Source of the DNA: a virus
Length of the DNA: 64,000 nt
Direction: 5' to 3' (one strand)
IMG/VR virus record: IMGVR_UViG_3300038760_000073
Coordinates: 1-64,000 of that record
The notes under the pieces were generated by a model. The model made no database searches, was not told the DNA's origin, and was given only the letters and a program-made list of their open reading frames with translations. Made by a program: the position numbers and the translations under genes. Position 1 is the first letter of the stretch. Each line of letters opens with the position of its first letter. Below, piece after piece: positions 40,198-50,199 of the stretch.

Positions 40198-40623
40198 TTA
40201 TATAGATTTTCCTTTACCTATACGACAGTTTATTATACCATTATAGTACTCTTCCTTTAAGAGTACTTCCTCAGCGAATTGTATTTTCGCTTCTTCGTAA
40301 CTTAATTGCCATTTTGAATCACAAAATTTGATAATTTCAAACTTAAAGTTTTGTTTTCCCAACTCAATAATATCTATATTAAGCTTATTTGATGACGAAG
40401 TATACTCACGCCAATCTGTCTCTTTAATTGTATGCCTTTTATTTTTCTTTCCTTTGAGAGGAGGTCGTTTAAGTGTAGTTATGCATTGTTTCTTACCAAT
40501 ATATTTCTTACCAGACTGTAAGTTTGTTATTTTATATATAAATCCGAACGGTACTATACTATCTTCACATATAATATCTGATTCCCAATGACCAAAATCA
40601 ATTTGATTGCTCTTTATCGTCAT
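40198..40623 (-). CDS. GIY-YIG endonuclease
   Basis: GFIYKITN..KYIGKK..YTSS..E..YYNG pattern. Confidence 0.85.
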   Translation of the reverse strand: MTIKSNQIDFGHWESDIICEDSIVPFGFIYKITNLQSGKKYIGKKQCITTLKRPPLKGKKNKRHTIKETDWREYTSSSNKLNIDIIELGKQNFKFEIIKFCDSKWQLSYEEAKIQFAEEVLLKEEYYNGIINCRIGKGKSI

Positions 40624-40903
40624 GATTTGCTAGCACTACTGCTTTTTTTTTCTGTACACCTCGTAACTTTTTTACCTTCTTCTTTTTGTTTTTCTCTGTC
40701 TCTGTACTTAAGTCGGCGCGGCGCTGTATGCCACCCAATACTTTAGGATTTCTGGCATCTCCAGGAGCGTATGAGTCAGATGAATTAATATTACCATCCG
40801 GGTCAAACCCACCTGCAGAGCCACCTACAGTATTACTAGTAACCATATCTTCATGTAAATAGTATAAAAATATATGTTCAAATTTACTACTTGATTTTGA
40901 CAT
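40598..40903 (-). CDS. Hypothetical protein with basic tail
   Basis: TATAAATA-N5-ATG; DSYAPGDARNPK resembles gp23 DNYASGDARLPK. Confidence 0.6.
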   Translation of the reverse strand: MSKSSSKFEHIFLYYLHEDMVTSNTVGGSAGGFDPDGNINSSDSYAPGDARNPKVLGGIQRRADLSTETEKNKKKKVKKLRGVQKKKAVVLANHDDKEQSN

Positions 40904-40924
40904 ATAAGTATTTATATTATATAT

Positions 40925-41320
40925 ATGGAACTTCTTCAAAGATATATTAAAGAGGTTAGTGCAGATTTAGTAATTGATGATTTTAATCTCAAAAATGTAC
41001 AACTTAAACTACCTGCAACAAAACATTTTTGGGTAGCTAGACTAATCGAAGCTAAAATCGAGAAGGAATCTCTCATTAAAACAAAAAAGTCTAGCAAAAA
41101 GGCTATCATAAAGGATGTAATATACGCCGCACCAGTTAAAATATCACAAGCTGCAGCAGAACAAGCGGCTGAGCGCCATGATACGATCCTATCTATTACT
41201 AATAAAATTAGAGAGTATGATTTAGTAATTATGTATCTTGAAAAGGTTGAAAAGGTTTTACACCAAATGACATGGGACTGTAAAAATATTATAGAAATTA
41301 ATAGGCTTGAGCAATTATGA
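40925..41320 (+). CDS. uvsY: Recombination mediator
   Basis: Helical ORF immediately before uvsW; DLVID..WDCKNIIE pattern. Confidence 0.75.
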   Translation: MELLQRYIKEVSADLVIDDFNLKNVQLKLPATKHFWVARLIEAKIEKESLIKTKKSSKKAIIKDVIYAAPVKISQAAAEQAAERHDTILSITNKIREYDLVIMYLEKVEKVLHQMTWDCKNIIEINRLEQL

Positions 41321-42750
41321 TATTATTTGATTATATCAAAAATACAAATAGACTTGTTGTTAATTGTGAAGATGATAATATTTTTAATCAAATACGAGAG
41401 CACTTTAGTGTTAAAAATGATGATGCTAAATTTGCAAGACGGTTTAACAAGTTTGCTCCAAAGAGAAAATATGTTATAACACCAAATGGCACATGTGAGT
41501 TAGGACTATATTGGGATATACGCAAGTTTTTGCGGAGTAACCAGATCAATATAGATATACAGGTAACTGATAGTCTAGAAAAGGTAATTAACATTGGGGT
41601 GCCTGGTGTTATTTACAACAATTTTAAGTTTAACTTACGTGATTACCAGCTAGATGTAGTAGAACGTGCATTAAAGTTAGGTAGAGGTACATGTATATTA
41701 GGTACAGGAGCTGGTAAGACGTTTACAACTGCAGCTTTAATTGAAAATTTCTATAGAAAATCGCCGGATATAGATACTTTTAAGTGTCTAGTTATTGTAC
41801 CTGACCTAGGCCTAGTCGAACAGACATATAAAGAGTTTATAGAGTGTGGATCCACCTATAAACTTACTAGGTGGACTGGTAGTATTGATCCAGACCTTAC
41901 TGCAAACGTCATTATTGCAAATAATGGTATTATTCAAAGTAGATTTGATAAGAGTGATTGGATTAAATATATAGATTTATTAATAGTTGACGAGTGTCAT
42001 AAAATAACAGCAGCATCGAAATTAGCTAAGATAGTTAAGCAGATTAAAACACAGCATAAATTTGGGTTTACTGGTACATTATCTGAAAACTTGCTCAATC
42101 AATGGGCTGTTATAGGAAGATTAGGACCTATTATATATGAAAAGAATAGTTATGAGCTAAGACAAGCAGATCATCTTGTTAATGTATCAGTTAAAATCTT
42201 AAACATAAAGTATAACGCACCACTTCGCTATATAACTGACAATAAATATAAAGAAGAGCTAGATTTTATATATGACTCACCCGGTCGTAATGAACTTATA
42301 CTTAAACTATGTAGTAAGTTGAGTAATAATATACTGCTCTTAGTAAATCATATAAGACATGGTGATATTTTAGAACAATATCTCTCAAATATAAAGAATA
42401 AACAGGTATTTTTTATAAGAGGTGATGTAGGGGTAGATGAACGAGAAAAGATTAAAGAAATTATGGAGACTAATTCAAATGTTGTTTGTATTGCCATTAG
42501 TGCAATATTTTCAACAGGGGTTAATATTAAAAATCTGCATAATATTATATTTACCGCCGGTGGAAAGTCATTTATCCGAACAGTTCAATCAATTGGCCGA
42601 GGCCTTAGAAAACATGATACTAAAGAGGAGCTAATAATTTTAGATATATGTGATGATCTAATATATGGTATTAAACATAATACAAAACGAAAAGAAATTT
42701 ATGATAAAGAAAAAATACCATACACAGAGACAACTATTAGTGTTTTATAA
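41317..42750 (+). CDS. uvsW: UvsW SF2 helicase
   Basis: LRDYQ, GTGAGKT, DECH, GFTGT, QSIGRGLR motifs. Confidence 0.93.
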   Translation: MILFDYIKNTNRLVVNCEDDNIFNQIREHFSVKNDDAKFARRFNKFAPKRKYVITPNGTCELGLYWDIRKFLRSNQINIDIQVTDSLEKVINIGVPGVIYNNFKFNLRDYQLDVVERALKLGRGTCILGTGAGKTFTTAALIENFYRKSPDIDTFKCLVIVPDLGLVEQTYKEFIECGSTYKLTRWTGSIDPDLTANVIIANNGIIQSRFDKSDWIKYIDLLIVDECHKITAASKLAKIVKQIKTQHKFGFTGTLSENLLNQWAVIGRLGPIIYEKNSYELRQADHLVNVSVKILNIKYNAPLRYITDNKYKEELDFIYDSPGRNELILKLCSKLSNNILLLVNHIRHGDILEQYLSNIKNKQVFFIRGDVGVDEREKIKEIMETNSNVVCIAISAIFSTGVNIKNLHNIIFTAGGKSFIRTVQSIGRGLRKHDTKEELIILDICDDLIYGIKHNTKRKEIYDKEKIPYTETTISVL

Positions 42751-42751
42751 C

Positions 42752-42779
42752 TTGTTTTTAATCAAACATATACTATAAT
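42752..42779 (+). promoter_or_regulatory. Sigma70-type promoter of gp55
   Basis: TTGTTT-N16-TATAAT-N6-ATG. Confidence 0.7.
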
Positions 42780-42785
42780 AGTATA

Positions 42786-43217
42786 ATGTCCAAGGAAAAA
42801 GAAGAATATTATATTCAACCTAAGGTCTTTAAGGAGTCGTTACGCGCTTATTATGACACAGATAACTTAACTGATGATCTAGCGGAAAATATTAAAAAAA
42901 TTGCATATGGTTTGAGTTATAATTCATCATTTATAAATTATACATATAAAGATGACATGATAGGGGATGCACTTATTAAAATGTATTCCGCTTTAAAGTT
43001 TAAAAAATATCGGTTTGAAACAGGTTCGAACCCCTTTTCGTACTTTACAACAATTGCATACCATGCTTTTATCAACCGTATTAAGAAAGAGAAAAAGCAC
43101 CACGAAGCTATTTGCAATTATAAAGAAAAGATTTATGAAGAATATATGTCTGACCCAAATAACACATGCGGATATATATATGTAAAGCCAATAGATGATG
43201 ATTCCGACGATTACTAA
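42786..43217 (+). CDS. gp55: Late transcription sigma factor
   Basis: FINYTYKDDMIGD and NPFSYFTTIAYHAFINRIKKEKK motifs. Confidence 0.93.
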   Translation: MSKEKEEYYIQPKVFKESLRAYYDTDNLTDDLAENIKKIAYGLSYNSSFINYTYKDDMIGDALIKMYSALKFKKYRFETGSNPFSYFTTIAYHAFINRIKKEKKHHEAICNYKEKIYEEYMSDPNNTCGYIYVKPIDDDSDDY

Positions 43218-44262
43218 GCCTAGAGTAGCTATTATATCTGATTTACATCTCGGCGTACATGCAAATAGTTTGGAATGGCATAAAAATGCTATAGAGTGGG
43301 CAAATTGGTTTAAGGTAGAGTGTTTATCCAATAATATAGTAGATATTATTTTTTGTGGTGATTGGCACCATAACAGAAGTGAGATATCTGTAAGCACATT
43401 ACAGGTATCAGCTGATATTTTAGATATATTATCTGAATTTAATCTAATTATGATTATAGGTAATCATGATATATACTATAAATACAGAACTGATGTCAAT
43501 TCCCTATCTGTTTTTAGGAATAGAAAGAATGTAACAATCTTGGATAGGTATCAAACTGTTGAAACATTTAATAAAAAGATATCTTTCTGCCCATGGAATA
43601 CATCTATATCTGAAATAGAACAGAGTGATATAATATTTGGTCATTTTGAGATTGAAACATTTAAAATGAACGCATTTAAGGTGTGTGAAGAGGGTATTAA
43701 AATAAAGGAGCTCCTCAAAAGGTCGGATTTAATTATTTCCGGGCATTTCCACACAAGACATGAAAAGAACTTTGGGACAGGTACTATCTTATATGTAGGT
43801 AACCCATTTCAGATGGATTTTGGTGATACAGAGAACCAGAAAGGTTATTATATACTAGATATAACCACTAATAAGTATGATTTTGTGCCAAACAATGTAT
43901 CATCTAGGTATAAAAAGGTTAATTTAAGTTGTTTAGTTAAAGAAGAAACAATTACACCTAACATTATTAATATTATATCTAATAATCTAGTTAAGTTGAA
44001 GATTGATATGAATATATCACAGGAAGACATGGATATACTGTTAGCTGTGTTGTATAAGCTTAACCCCGAGTCATTGACCGTTGATTATGACATCAATTAT
44101 AATAGATTATTAAATGATACAGCAGATGTTGATGATCTGTCAGGTATCGATGTAGAACAAGCTATTCAAGAGTTTGTAAAGGTGCTTGATTTAGATAATA
44201 AGAATGATATTATAGAATATACATTAGATCTCTATGAAAAAAGTAAATTTCAAGCGAATTAG
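43195..44262 (+). CDS. gp47: Recombination nuclease subunit (Mre11-like)
   Basis: SDLHLG, GD, GNHD, GHFE, SGHFH motifs. Confidence 0.92.
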   Translation: MMIPTITKPRVAIISDLHLGVHANSLEWHKNAIEWANWFKVECLSNNIVDIIFCGDWHHNRSEISVSTLQVSADILDILSEFNLIMIIGNHDIYYKYRTDVNSLSVFRNRKNVTILDRYQTVETFNKKISFCPWNTSISEIEQSDIIFGHFEIETFKMNAFKVCEEGIKIKELLKRSDLIISGHFHTRHEKNFGTGTILYVGNPFQMDFGDTENQKGYYILDITTNKYDFVPNNVSSRYKKVNLSCLVKEETITPNIINIISNNLVKLKIDMNISQEDMDILLAVLYKLNPESLTVDYDINYNRLLNDTADVDDLSGIDVEQAIQEFVKVLDLDNKNDIIEYTLDLYEKSKFQAN

Positions 44263-46039
44263 TATATTAAATTTTTTATCCGTTGGTGATGAGGTAGTAT
44301 CAGTGGATTTTAAAACAGGTTTACATGTAATTACAGGTATTAATTACGACAAACCGGATCGAAGAAACGCAATTGGTAAAAGCACAATAGCTGATGCTAT
44401 ATATTTTGCAATTTTTGGCGAAACATTACGTGATATTAAAAAGGACCTTATATCAAATAATGTAACTAGTGGTAACACTCATGTTGAGCTGGATTTTGAA
44501 GTTATTACACCATCAGGGACTAATGAGTATAAGATAGTTCGAACGCTCGGACCATCAAAAGTCTTTATATACAAAAATAATAAAGACAAAACACGTGATA
44601 GTATATCAAACACCAACAAATATATATGTAATGTAACGAGCGCTTCCCCATCCATATTTAAAAACTGTGTAATTATGACAGTTAATAATGCTATACCGTT
44701 TATGGCTAAGAATAAGGTGGAAAAACGAAAGTTTATAGAAGATATATTTGGGATGGAAGTATTCTCGCAGATGTTATCCATTCTCCGCGCTGAGTATAAT
44801 GATGTTAAGAAAGAATATGAAATTGATCAATCAAAACTAGATGAATTACAGAAAACATATGCTGAATATATAAAGCAGCAGGATGACATATTAGCAGCGC
44901 GTAAATCTAAGAGGGGCATATATAAAAGTAGGCAGCAGAATAATATAGATGATCTAGCCAAGTTAAATAAAGAGCTTAGCCAATATAAAGAGGAAGACTT
45001 AGATAGCATTAAAAAATCAATTGAACAGCTTAACAACCTTTTACCTAAATGTGATGCTAGAATTACAGAATATGTAGAGACTATTAGTTCTGAAAAAGCA
45101 AAAACTGGTCATTTAAAAGATATACTTTCTAAAATTGGTACTGATAAAGATACATGTCCAGTATGCTTAAAAAGTATTCAGGACCACGATAAAGGGTATA
45201 TTAATAAGGAGAAGGAGCAGCTTAAAAACACCATAAAGTTGATGGTTGATGGTATTAAGACTGTTAATGACTACCTCAAGAAGTATAGAGGGGTTAGAGA
45301 GACAATTTGCAAAACTATTACAGATAACAACCAGCGATTATCAGATGCTATGTTATCTAAACAACGCGTTGGTAATATTAATGATAAAATTCAGCAGATA
45401 CATCAATGGCAAGATGAATTACAGGTAGATTTAGATGTTATAGAAAGTACTAACACTGATTTTGATAACTTAATCGAATCTTCAAATAGTAGAATAAATG
45501 ACTTATTGGAAAAAGTTAATAAGTTGAAGAAACATATAGCTAATCTAGATATTGTTAAGTATATTGTATCAGAGGAAGGCGTTAAATCCTACATTGTAAA
45601 TAGACTCCTTGAATTATTAAATAGTAAATTGCTACAATATCTAAAAAGATTAGATGCAAATTCTATTTGTATATTTAATGAGTATTTTGAAGAAGAAATA
45701 ATAAATGAAAAAAATAAAGTCTGCTCTTACTTTAATTTTTCAGGTGCAGAGAGGAAATCTATAGATCTTGCATGCTTATTTACCTTTTCTGACATTAGAA
45801 GATTGCAGGGTGGTGTTAAATATAATGTTGTTATATATGATGAGCTATTTGACAGCTCATTTGATGAGAAGGGTATTGAGATGGTTACACAGATATTACA
45901 AGATAGGGTTAAGGAGCTGGATGAGTGTTGTATTATTATATCACATCGAAAAGAGTCTATTAAAGCGGTCACCGGTGATGTTATATATTTAACTAAGCAA
46001 AATGGTATAACGAGACGCGTTGCATATACTGAAATCTAA
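44234..46039 (+). CDS. gp46: Recombination ATPase subunit (Rad50-like)
   Basis: NAIGKST, CPVC zinc hook, FSGAE, DELFDSSFD, ISH motifs. Confidence 0.93.
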   Translation: MKKVNFKRISILNFLSVGDEVVSVDFKTGLHVITGINYDKPDRRNAIGKSTIADAIYFAIFGETLRDIKKDLISNNVTSGNTHVELDFEVITPSGTNEYKIVRTLGPSKVFIYKNNKDKTRDSISNTNKYICNVTSASPSIFKNCVIMTVNNAIPFMAKNKVEKRKFIEDIFGMEVFSQMLSILRAEYNDVKKEYEIDQSKLDELQKTYAEYIKQQDDILAARKSKRGIYKSRQQNNIDDLAKLNKELSQYKEEDLDSIKKSIEQLNNLLPKCDARITEYVETISSEKAKTGHLKDILSKIGTDKDTCPVCLKSIQDHDKGYINKEKEQLKNTIKLMVDGIKTVNDYLKKYRGVRETICKTITDNNQRLSDAMLSKQRVGNINDKIQQIHQWQDELQVDLDVIESTNTDFDNLIESSNSRINDLLEKVNKLKKHIANLDIVKYIVSEEGVKSYIVNRLLELLNSKLLQYLKRLDANSICIFNEYFEEEIINEKNKVCSYFNFSGAERKSIDLACLFTFSDIRRLQGGVKYNVVIYDELFDSSFDEKGIEMVTQILQDRVKELDECCIIISHRKESIKAVTGDVIYLTKQNGITRRVAYTEI

Positions 46040-46053
46040 AATAAATAACATCG

Positions 46054-47283
46054 ATGCTTTCACCTCAACCCTTCTCACAACCCTTTGCGCAACCCTTTGC
46101 ATCACCGTTCCCGAGAACGGGTCCTGGATTTTCATCACAACGAAAAAATAACGCGCCCATGCCTCGAGAAATGTCGCTGCCTAGATATATTAACTATTTG
46201 GCTGACCTAAGTGGTTGTGGCCACTGGCGTGTGCTATGGCCAGAGCAAGTTATTAACGCGACCGGTCGAGGAATTTCTCACTCTATAACATCGATGGTAA
46301 CTGATCCAAGGTTTTATCAAAATGTTAAGGTAGTTAAACTGCAGAGACAAGCATCATCTGTTCAGAAAAAATTTGTTGAATTTCTCAAAAAGATACAACC
46401 TGATTATGGGTTTAAATTGATGTATGAAGTGGATGATGTTATCTTTAGGGAAGAAATACCTGATTATAATAAGTTTAAGTTTGCATTTGATAGTGAAGAA
46501 GTTCGAAATAACTGTATTGATATTATTAATATGGTTGATGAAGTTACTGTTACTTGTGATTTCATGCGAAGGTTATATTTAGACAAAACATCGCAGAAGA
46601 ATATAACAGTTATCCCCAACTTTGTACCAGATTTTTGGATGGGACATTTATACAATGGTAAGGAAGTTGTGCAGCAGTTCGATATAAATAAGAAGAAGCC
46701 AAGAATTTTATATACAGGGTCTGGAGCCCATTATGATGTAGAAAATAAGACTGGTGGTGAGGATGATTTTTCAGGCGTCCGTGATTTTGTTAGAAAGACT
46801 GTTGATAAGTATCAGTGGGTGTTTGTTGGCGCTTTTCCTCCCCAGTTAGCTGATCTAGTTAAGCAAAATAAAATTGAATTCTATCCATGGCAAAATTTAC
46901 TAAACTATCCTCGTGTAATTAGAAATCTAAATGTGCAGCTTATGGTAGCCCCCTTACAGGTTAATAATTTTAATAAAGCTAAATCAGATATTAAGTTTAT
47001 TGAAGCATGCACTTTAGGTATTCCGTGTTTGTGTCAAGATATGGAGACATATAGTAACGCACCACCATCACTTAAGTTTAGTAATAGTGAAGAATTTGGT
47101 GATAAAATTGATACTATACTAAAGTGGAAAAACAGAAGTAAGTATTATAAAAATGTAGAAGCTCTACATCAAATTGGTGCTGGTAGAATGCTTGAAAAAG
47201 AGTCAAATATTGGTGCCATTATGGAATCGTTAAACACACCATATGACTCACCTGATAGAAAATACGCCGTAGAGTGGAATTAA
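46054..47283 (+). CDS. GT-B-type glycosyltransferase
   Basis: GCGHWR, YEVDD, APLQVNNFNKAKSDIKFIE motifs; N-terminal QPF repeats. Confidence 0.8.
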   Translation: MLSPQPFSQPFAQPFASPFPRTGPGFSSQRKNNAPMPREMSLPRYINYLADLSGCGHWRVLWPEQVINATGRGISHSITSMVTDPRFYQNVKVVKLQRQASSVQKKFVEFLKKIQPDYGFKLMYEVDDVIFREEIPDYNKFKFAFDSEEVRNNCIDIINMVDEVTVTCDFMRRLYLDKTSQKNITVIPNFVPDFWMGHLYNGKEVVQQFDINKKKPRILYTGSGAHYDVENKTGGEDDFSGVRDFVRKTVDKYQWVFVGAFPPQLADLVKQNKIEFYPWQNLLNYPRVIRNLNVQLMVAPLQVNNFNKAKSDIKFIEACTLGIPCLCQDMETYSNAPPSLKFSNSEEFGDKIDTILKWKNRSKYYKNVEALHQIGAGRMLEKESNIGAIMESLNTPYDSPDRKYAVEWN

Positions 47284-47320
47284 TTGTAGATTAAAATAGG
47301 AACTGACATATAATCTATAT

Positions 47321-49885
47321 GTGGCTTATAGAAATGCAATTTATGATGGACGTGAAGGTGTAGTTAAATTATTTTGCTGGGATGAGGATGGTAATCGTAT
47401 TGTTACAACTACCTCTCATGAGCCTTACCTCTATGTTGAAAATCCAACCGGGGATAAGGTATCTATTTTTGGTACAGCAGTTAAAAAGAAGAGCTTTCAG
47501 AATGGGTATCTAAAGTCAAGATTTTTGAAGGATTCTGGCGTTAAGAGAATTTTTGAAAATATGCCACCCGTACAGCAATTCCTATTAGATGTATATTGGA
47601 AGGATAACGAAAAAGAAGACTTCAGTCAATTCCCACTAAAGTGCTGTTTTCTAGATATTGAAACATTCTCGGTTGATACTTTCCCTGATATTGACAATCC
47701 AACTCATACAATTAATGTCATTACATGTTATGATAACTTTAGTAAAAAGTTTTTTACCTTTGGGTTAAAACCATATACAGGTACGTTACAAGATAATGTT
47801 GTATATGTTCATTGTAAGGATGAAAAGGAATTGCTAATTAAATTTATTGAGTATATGGAATCAGACTACCCTGATATATTATCAGGGTGGAACTCTGAAG
47901 GTTTTGATATTCCATATATTATTAATAGAATGGAGAGAATTCTTGGTGAGGATTATGTTAAGAGGTTATCACCTGTTGGTAATGTATATTTTAGATTAAT
48001 GAGAGGCCAGTTTGGTCAGGAAAAGAAAAGGTATTTTATTACTGGTATTGCCTGCCTAGACTTCCTAGATGTTTATAAGAGGTTTTGTCTTAAGTTGAGA
48101 GAATCATATAAGTTAGATGCGATTGGTGGTGTAGAGCTCGGTGAAACCAAAGTGGATTATGAGGGTATGTCGCTAGCAGAACTATCAGAGAAAGATTGGA
48201 ATAAATTTATTGACTACAACATTCAAGATGTTAATCTACTAGTTAAGTTAGAAGAGAAACTTCAATATATACCACTCTTGAGAATGTTATCATATGTTGG
48301 GTTAACCAACCTCGAGGGTGCTATGGGTACAATTCAGGTTATTAATGGTGCGTTATGTGTTAGAGCTCGAAATAGGGGTGAGATTATATCTACGTTTGTT
48401 CGAAATGAGGGTGAAGGTAAAAATCCGGGTGCGTATGTAGCTGAACCTAAATCTGGATTTAAAAATCATATTGTATCATTTGATGCAAATTCACTATATC
48501 CAAATGTGATGATATCACTTAATACATCTCCGGAGACTAAAGTTGGTAAGGTTGATATTATTGATGATAAAGTTATAATTCAGCATGTTTCTGGTAAGCA
48601 GTTTAGTTTGGATAAACCTGCCTTCGCAAAATTTCTTAAAAAGGAAGAATGTTCATTATCCAAAGCTGGTTTTATGTTTACTCAAAAAAAGAAAGGTATC
48701 ATACCTGAATTTTTGGAATACTATTATAATCAACGTGTTGGTATTAAGAAGAAATTATTTATAGCAAAGCAGAAGCTTGAAAAAGATTCAACTAATACCA
48801 ATCTTAAGTATGAGGTTGAGAGACTTAATACCTCACAGATGGTAATTAAAATACTTATTAATTCCTGTTATGGTTATATGGGAAACAAAAAGGCCCCTAT
48901 TGGGGATGATGATATTGCATCATCTGTAACATTAACTGGTCAAGCAGTTATTAAGAAATCAAATGAGTTTATTAAAGAGTATATTAAGTCACGCGTACCG
49001 TCTCTTAGTGATCATCAACTTGAAGAGAATATCATTTACAACGATACAGATAGTTCGTACATCTCTATATCACCTATTATTGAAAGTGGTTTAATTAAGT
49101 TTTGGGATGGTGATCAAGTTCATCAAGAGACCTATGACGAAATTCAAAAAATTGAAGATTATCTTAATAAGAATATGGAAGGTTGGGCGAAGAAAGCCAT
49201 CCTCACTAAAAATAGTAGGTTTGTATTTAAGAGAGAGTGTATAGCTGATACTGGAGTGTTCTTACAGAAGAAGAGATATGTTATGCATATCTTAGACGAT
49301 GAAGGTATTAAGAAACAAAAGTTTAAGTATACTGGTGTTGAAGTAGTTCGAACTACAATGCCGGATGCAATTAAGCCATATGCTAAAAGGATCATTGAGA
49401 CAATGCTCTCTACACAGTCATTGAAGGAGACAAATAAAGTACTAAATGATACCTATGAAATATTTAAAACCTTAGCCCCAGAGCAAATAGCTTTTGTGAT
49501 GGGCGTGAAGGGGTATGAAAAATATGCTGTTCAGTGTAAGCAATTTAAAACTTGCAAGGGAATGCCTATACATGTTAAGTCTGCATATTTTTATAACATG
49601 ATGTTAGATATGCTAAATACAGGCAATAAGTATGAGAAGCTTAGTTCTGGTGATAAGGTAAGATATTTATACCTACAGCAACCAAATAAATATAGGTTAG
49701 ATACTATTGGATTTAAATACGAATTTCCAGCTGAGTTGGGTGAACTATTTAAAGTTGACTATGAAAAAATGTTTGAAAAAATTCTCTTTCAAGGTATCGA
49801 GAGGTTCTATAATAACGTTTCATGGGCTATTCGTCGACCAACAGCGAATGTTCAAACAGAACTATTTGATATTTTTGGCTCATAG
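47321..49885 (+). CDS. gp43: Family B DNA polymerase
   Basis: DIET, FDIPYI, FDANSLYP, KILINSCYG, YNDTDS, KKRY motifs; TAGATT-N16-TATAAT-N6-GTG upstream. Confidence 0.97.
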   Translation: MAYRNAIYDGREGVVKLFCWDEDGNRIVTTTSHEPYLYVENPTGDKVSIFGTAVKKKSFQNGYLKSRFLKDSGVKRIFENMPPVQQFLLDVYWKDNEKEDFSQFPLKCCFLDIETFSVDTFPDIDNPTHTINVITCYDNFSKKFFTFGLKPYTGTLQDNVVYVHCKDEKELLIKFIEYMESDYPDILSGWNSEGFDIPYIINRMERILGEDYVKRLSPVGNVYFRLMRGQFGQEKKRYFITGIACLDFLDVYKRFCLKLRESYKLDAIGGVELGETKVDYEGMSLAELSEKDWNKFIDYNIQDVNLLVKLEEKLQYIPLLRMLSYVGLTNLEGAMGTIQVINGALCVRARNRGEIISTFVRNEGEGKNPGAYVAEPKSGFKNHIVSFDANSLYPNVMISLNTSPETKVGKVDIIDDKVIIQHVSGKQFSLDKPAFAKFLKKEECSLSKAGFMFTQKKKGIIPEFLEYYYNQRVGIKKKLFIAKQKLEKDSTNTNLKYEVERLNTSQMVIKILINSCYGYMGNKKAPIGDDDIASSVTLTGQAVIKKSNEFIKEYIKSRVPSLSDHQLEENIIYNDTDSSYISISPIIESGLIKFWDGDQVHQETYDEIQKIEDYLNKNMEGWAKKAILTKNSRFVFKRECIADTGVFLQKKRYVMHILDDEGIKKQKFKYTGVEVVRTTMPDAIKPYAKRIIETMLSTQSLKETNKVLNDTYEIFKTLAPEQIAFVMGVKGYEKYAVQCKQFKTCKGMPIHVKSAYFYNMMLDMLNTGNKYEKLSSGDKVRYLYLQQPNKYRLDTIGFKYEFPAELGELFKVDYEKMFEKILFQGIERFYNNVSWAIRRPTANVQTELFDIFGS

Positions 49886-49902
49886 ACTATATATATGTAC
49901 AT

Positions 49903-50199
49903 ATGGAAAAATACCTAGACAGACCACAAGATGATGGAACACGTAATTCTCACCCATCGTACTGGAGAGGTAGAGCGAGAGGTACAGCAGAGATTTTAAA
50001 TATTATTAAAAATATTGCAGAGGGTAAAGATGTAGGTGATGACATAATTGCATCCCCAGTTGTTGAAGCCGCTAGACGTATTATACTAACATACAAAGAT
50101 ACCCTAACACACGCTTCGAAAAAATCTACATACCTAGCTAAACATGCAGGTATAGCTGTAGAAACAGCTGAGAAGTTAGCTGAGCAGATAAAGCTTTAA
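49903..50199 (+). CDS. Hypothetical phage protein
   Basis: DGTRNSHPSYWRG motif. Confidence 0.65.
   Translation: MEKYLDRPQDDGTRNSHPSYWRGRARGTAEILNIIKNIAEGKDVGDDIIASPVVEAARRIILTYKDTLTHASKKSTYLAKHAGIAVETAEKLAEQIKL

Noticed and set aside
47321-49885. Intein or intron in the polymerase or helicases
   Set aside because: Lengths are normal and motifs are contiguous.
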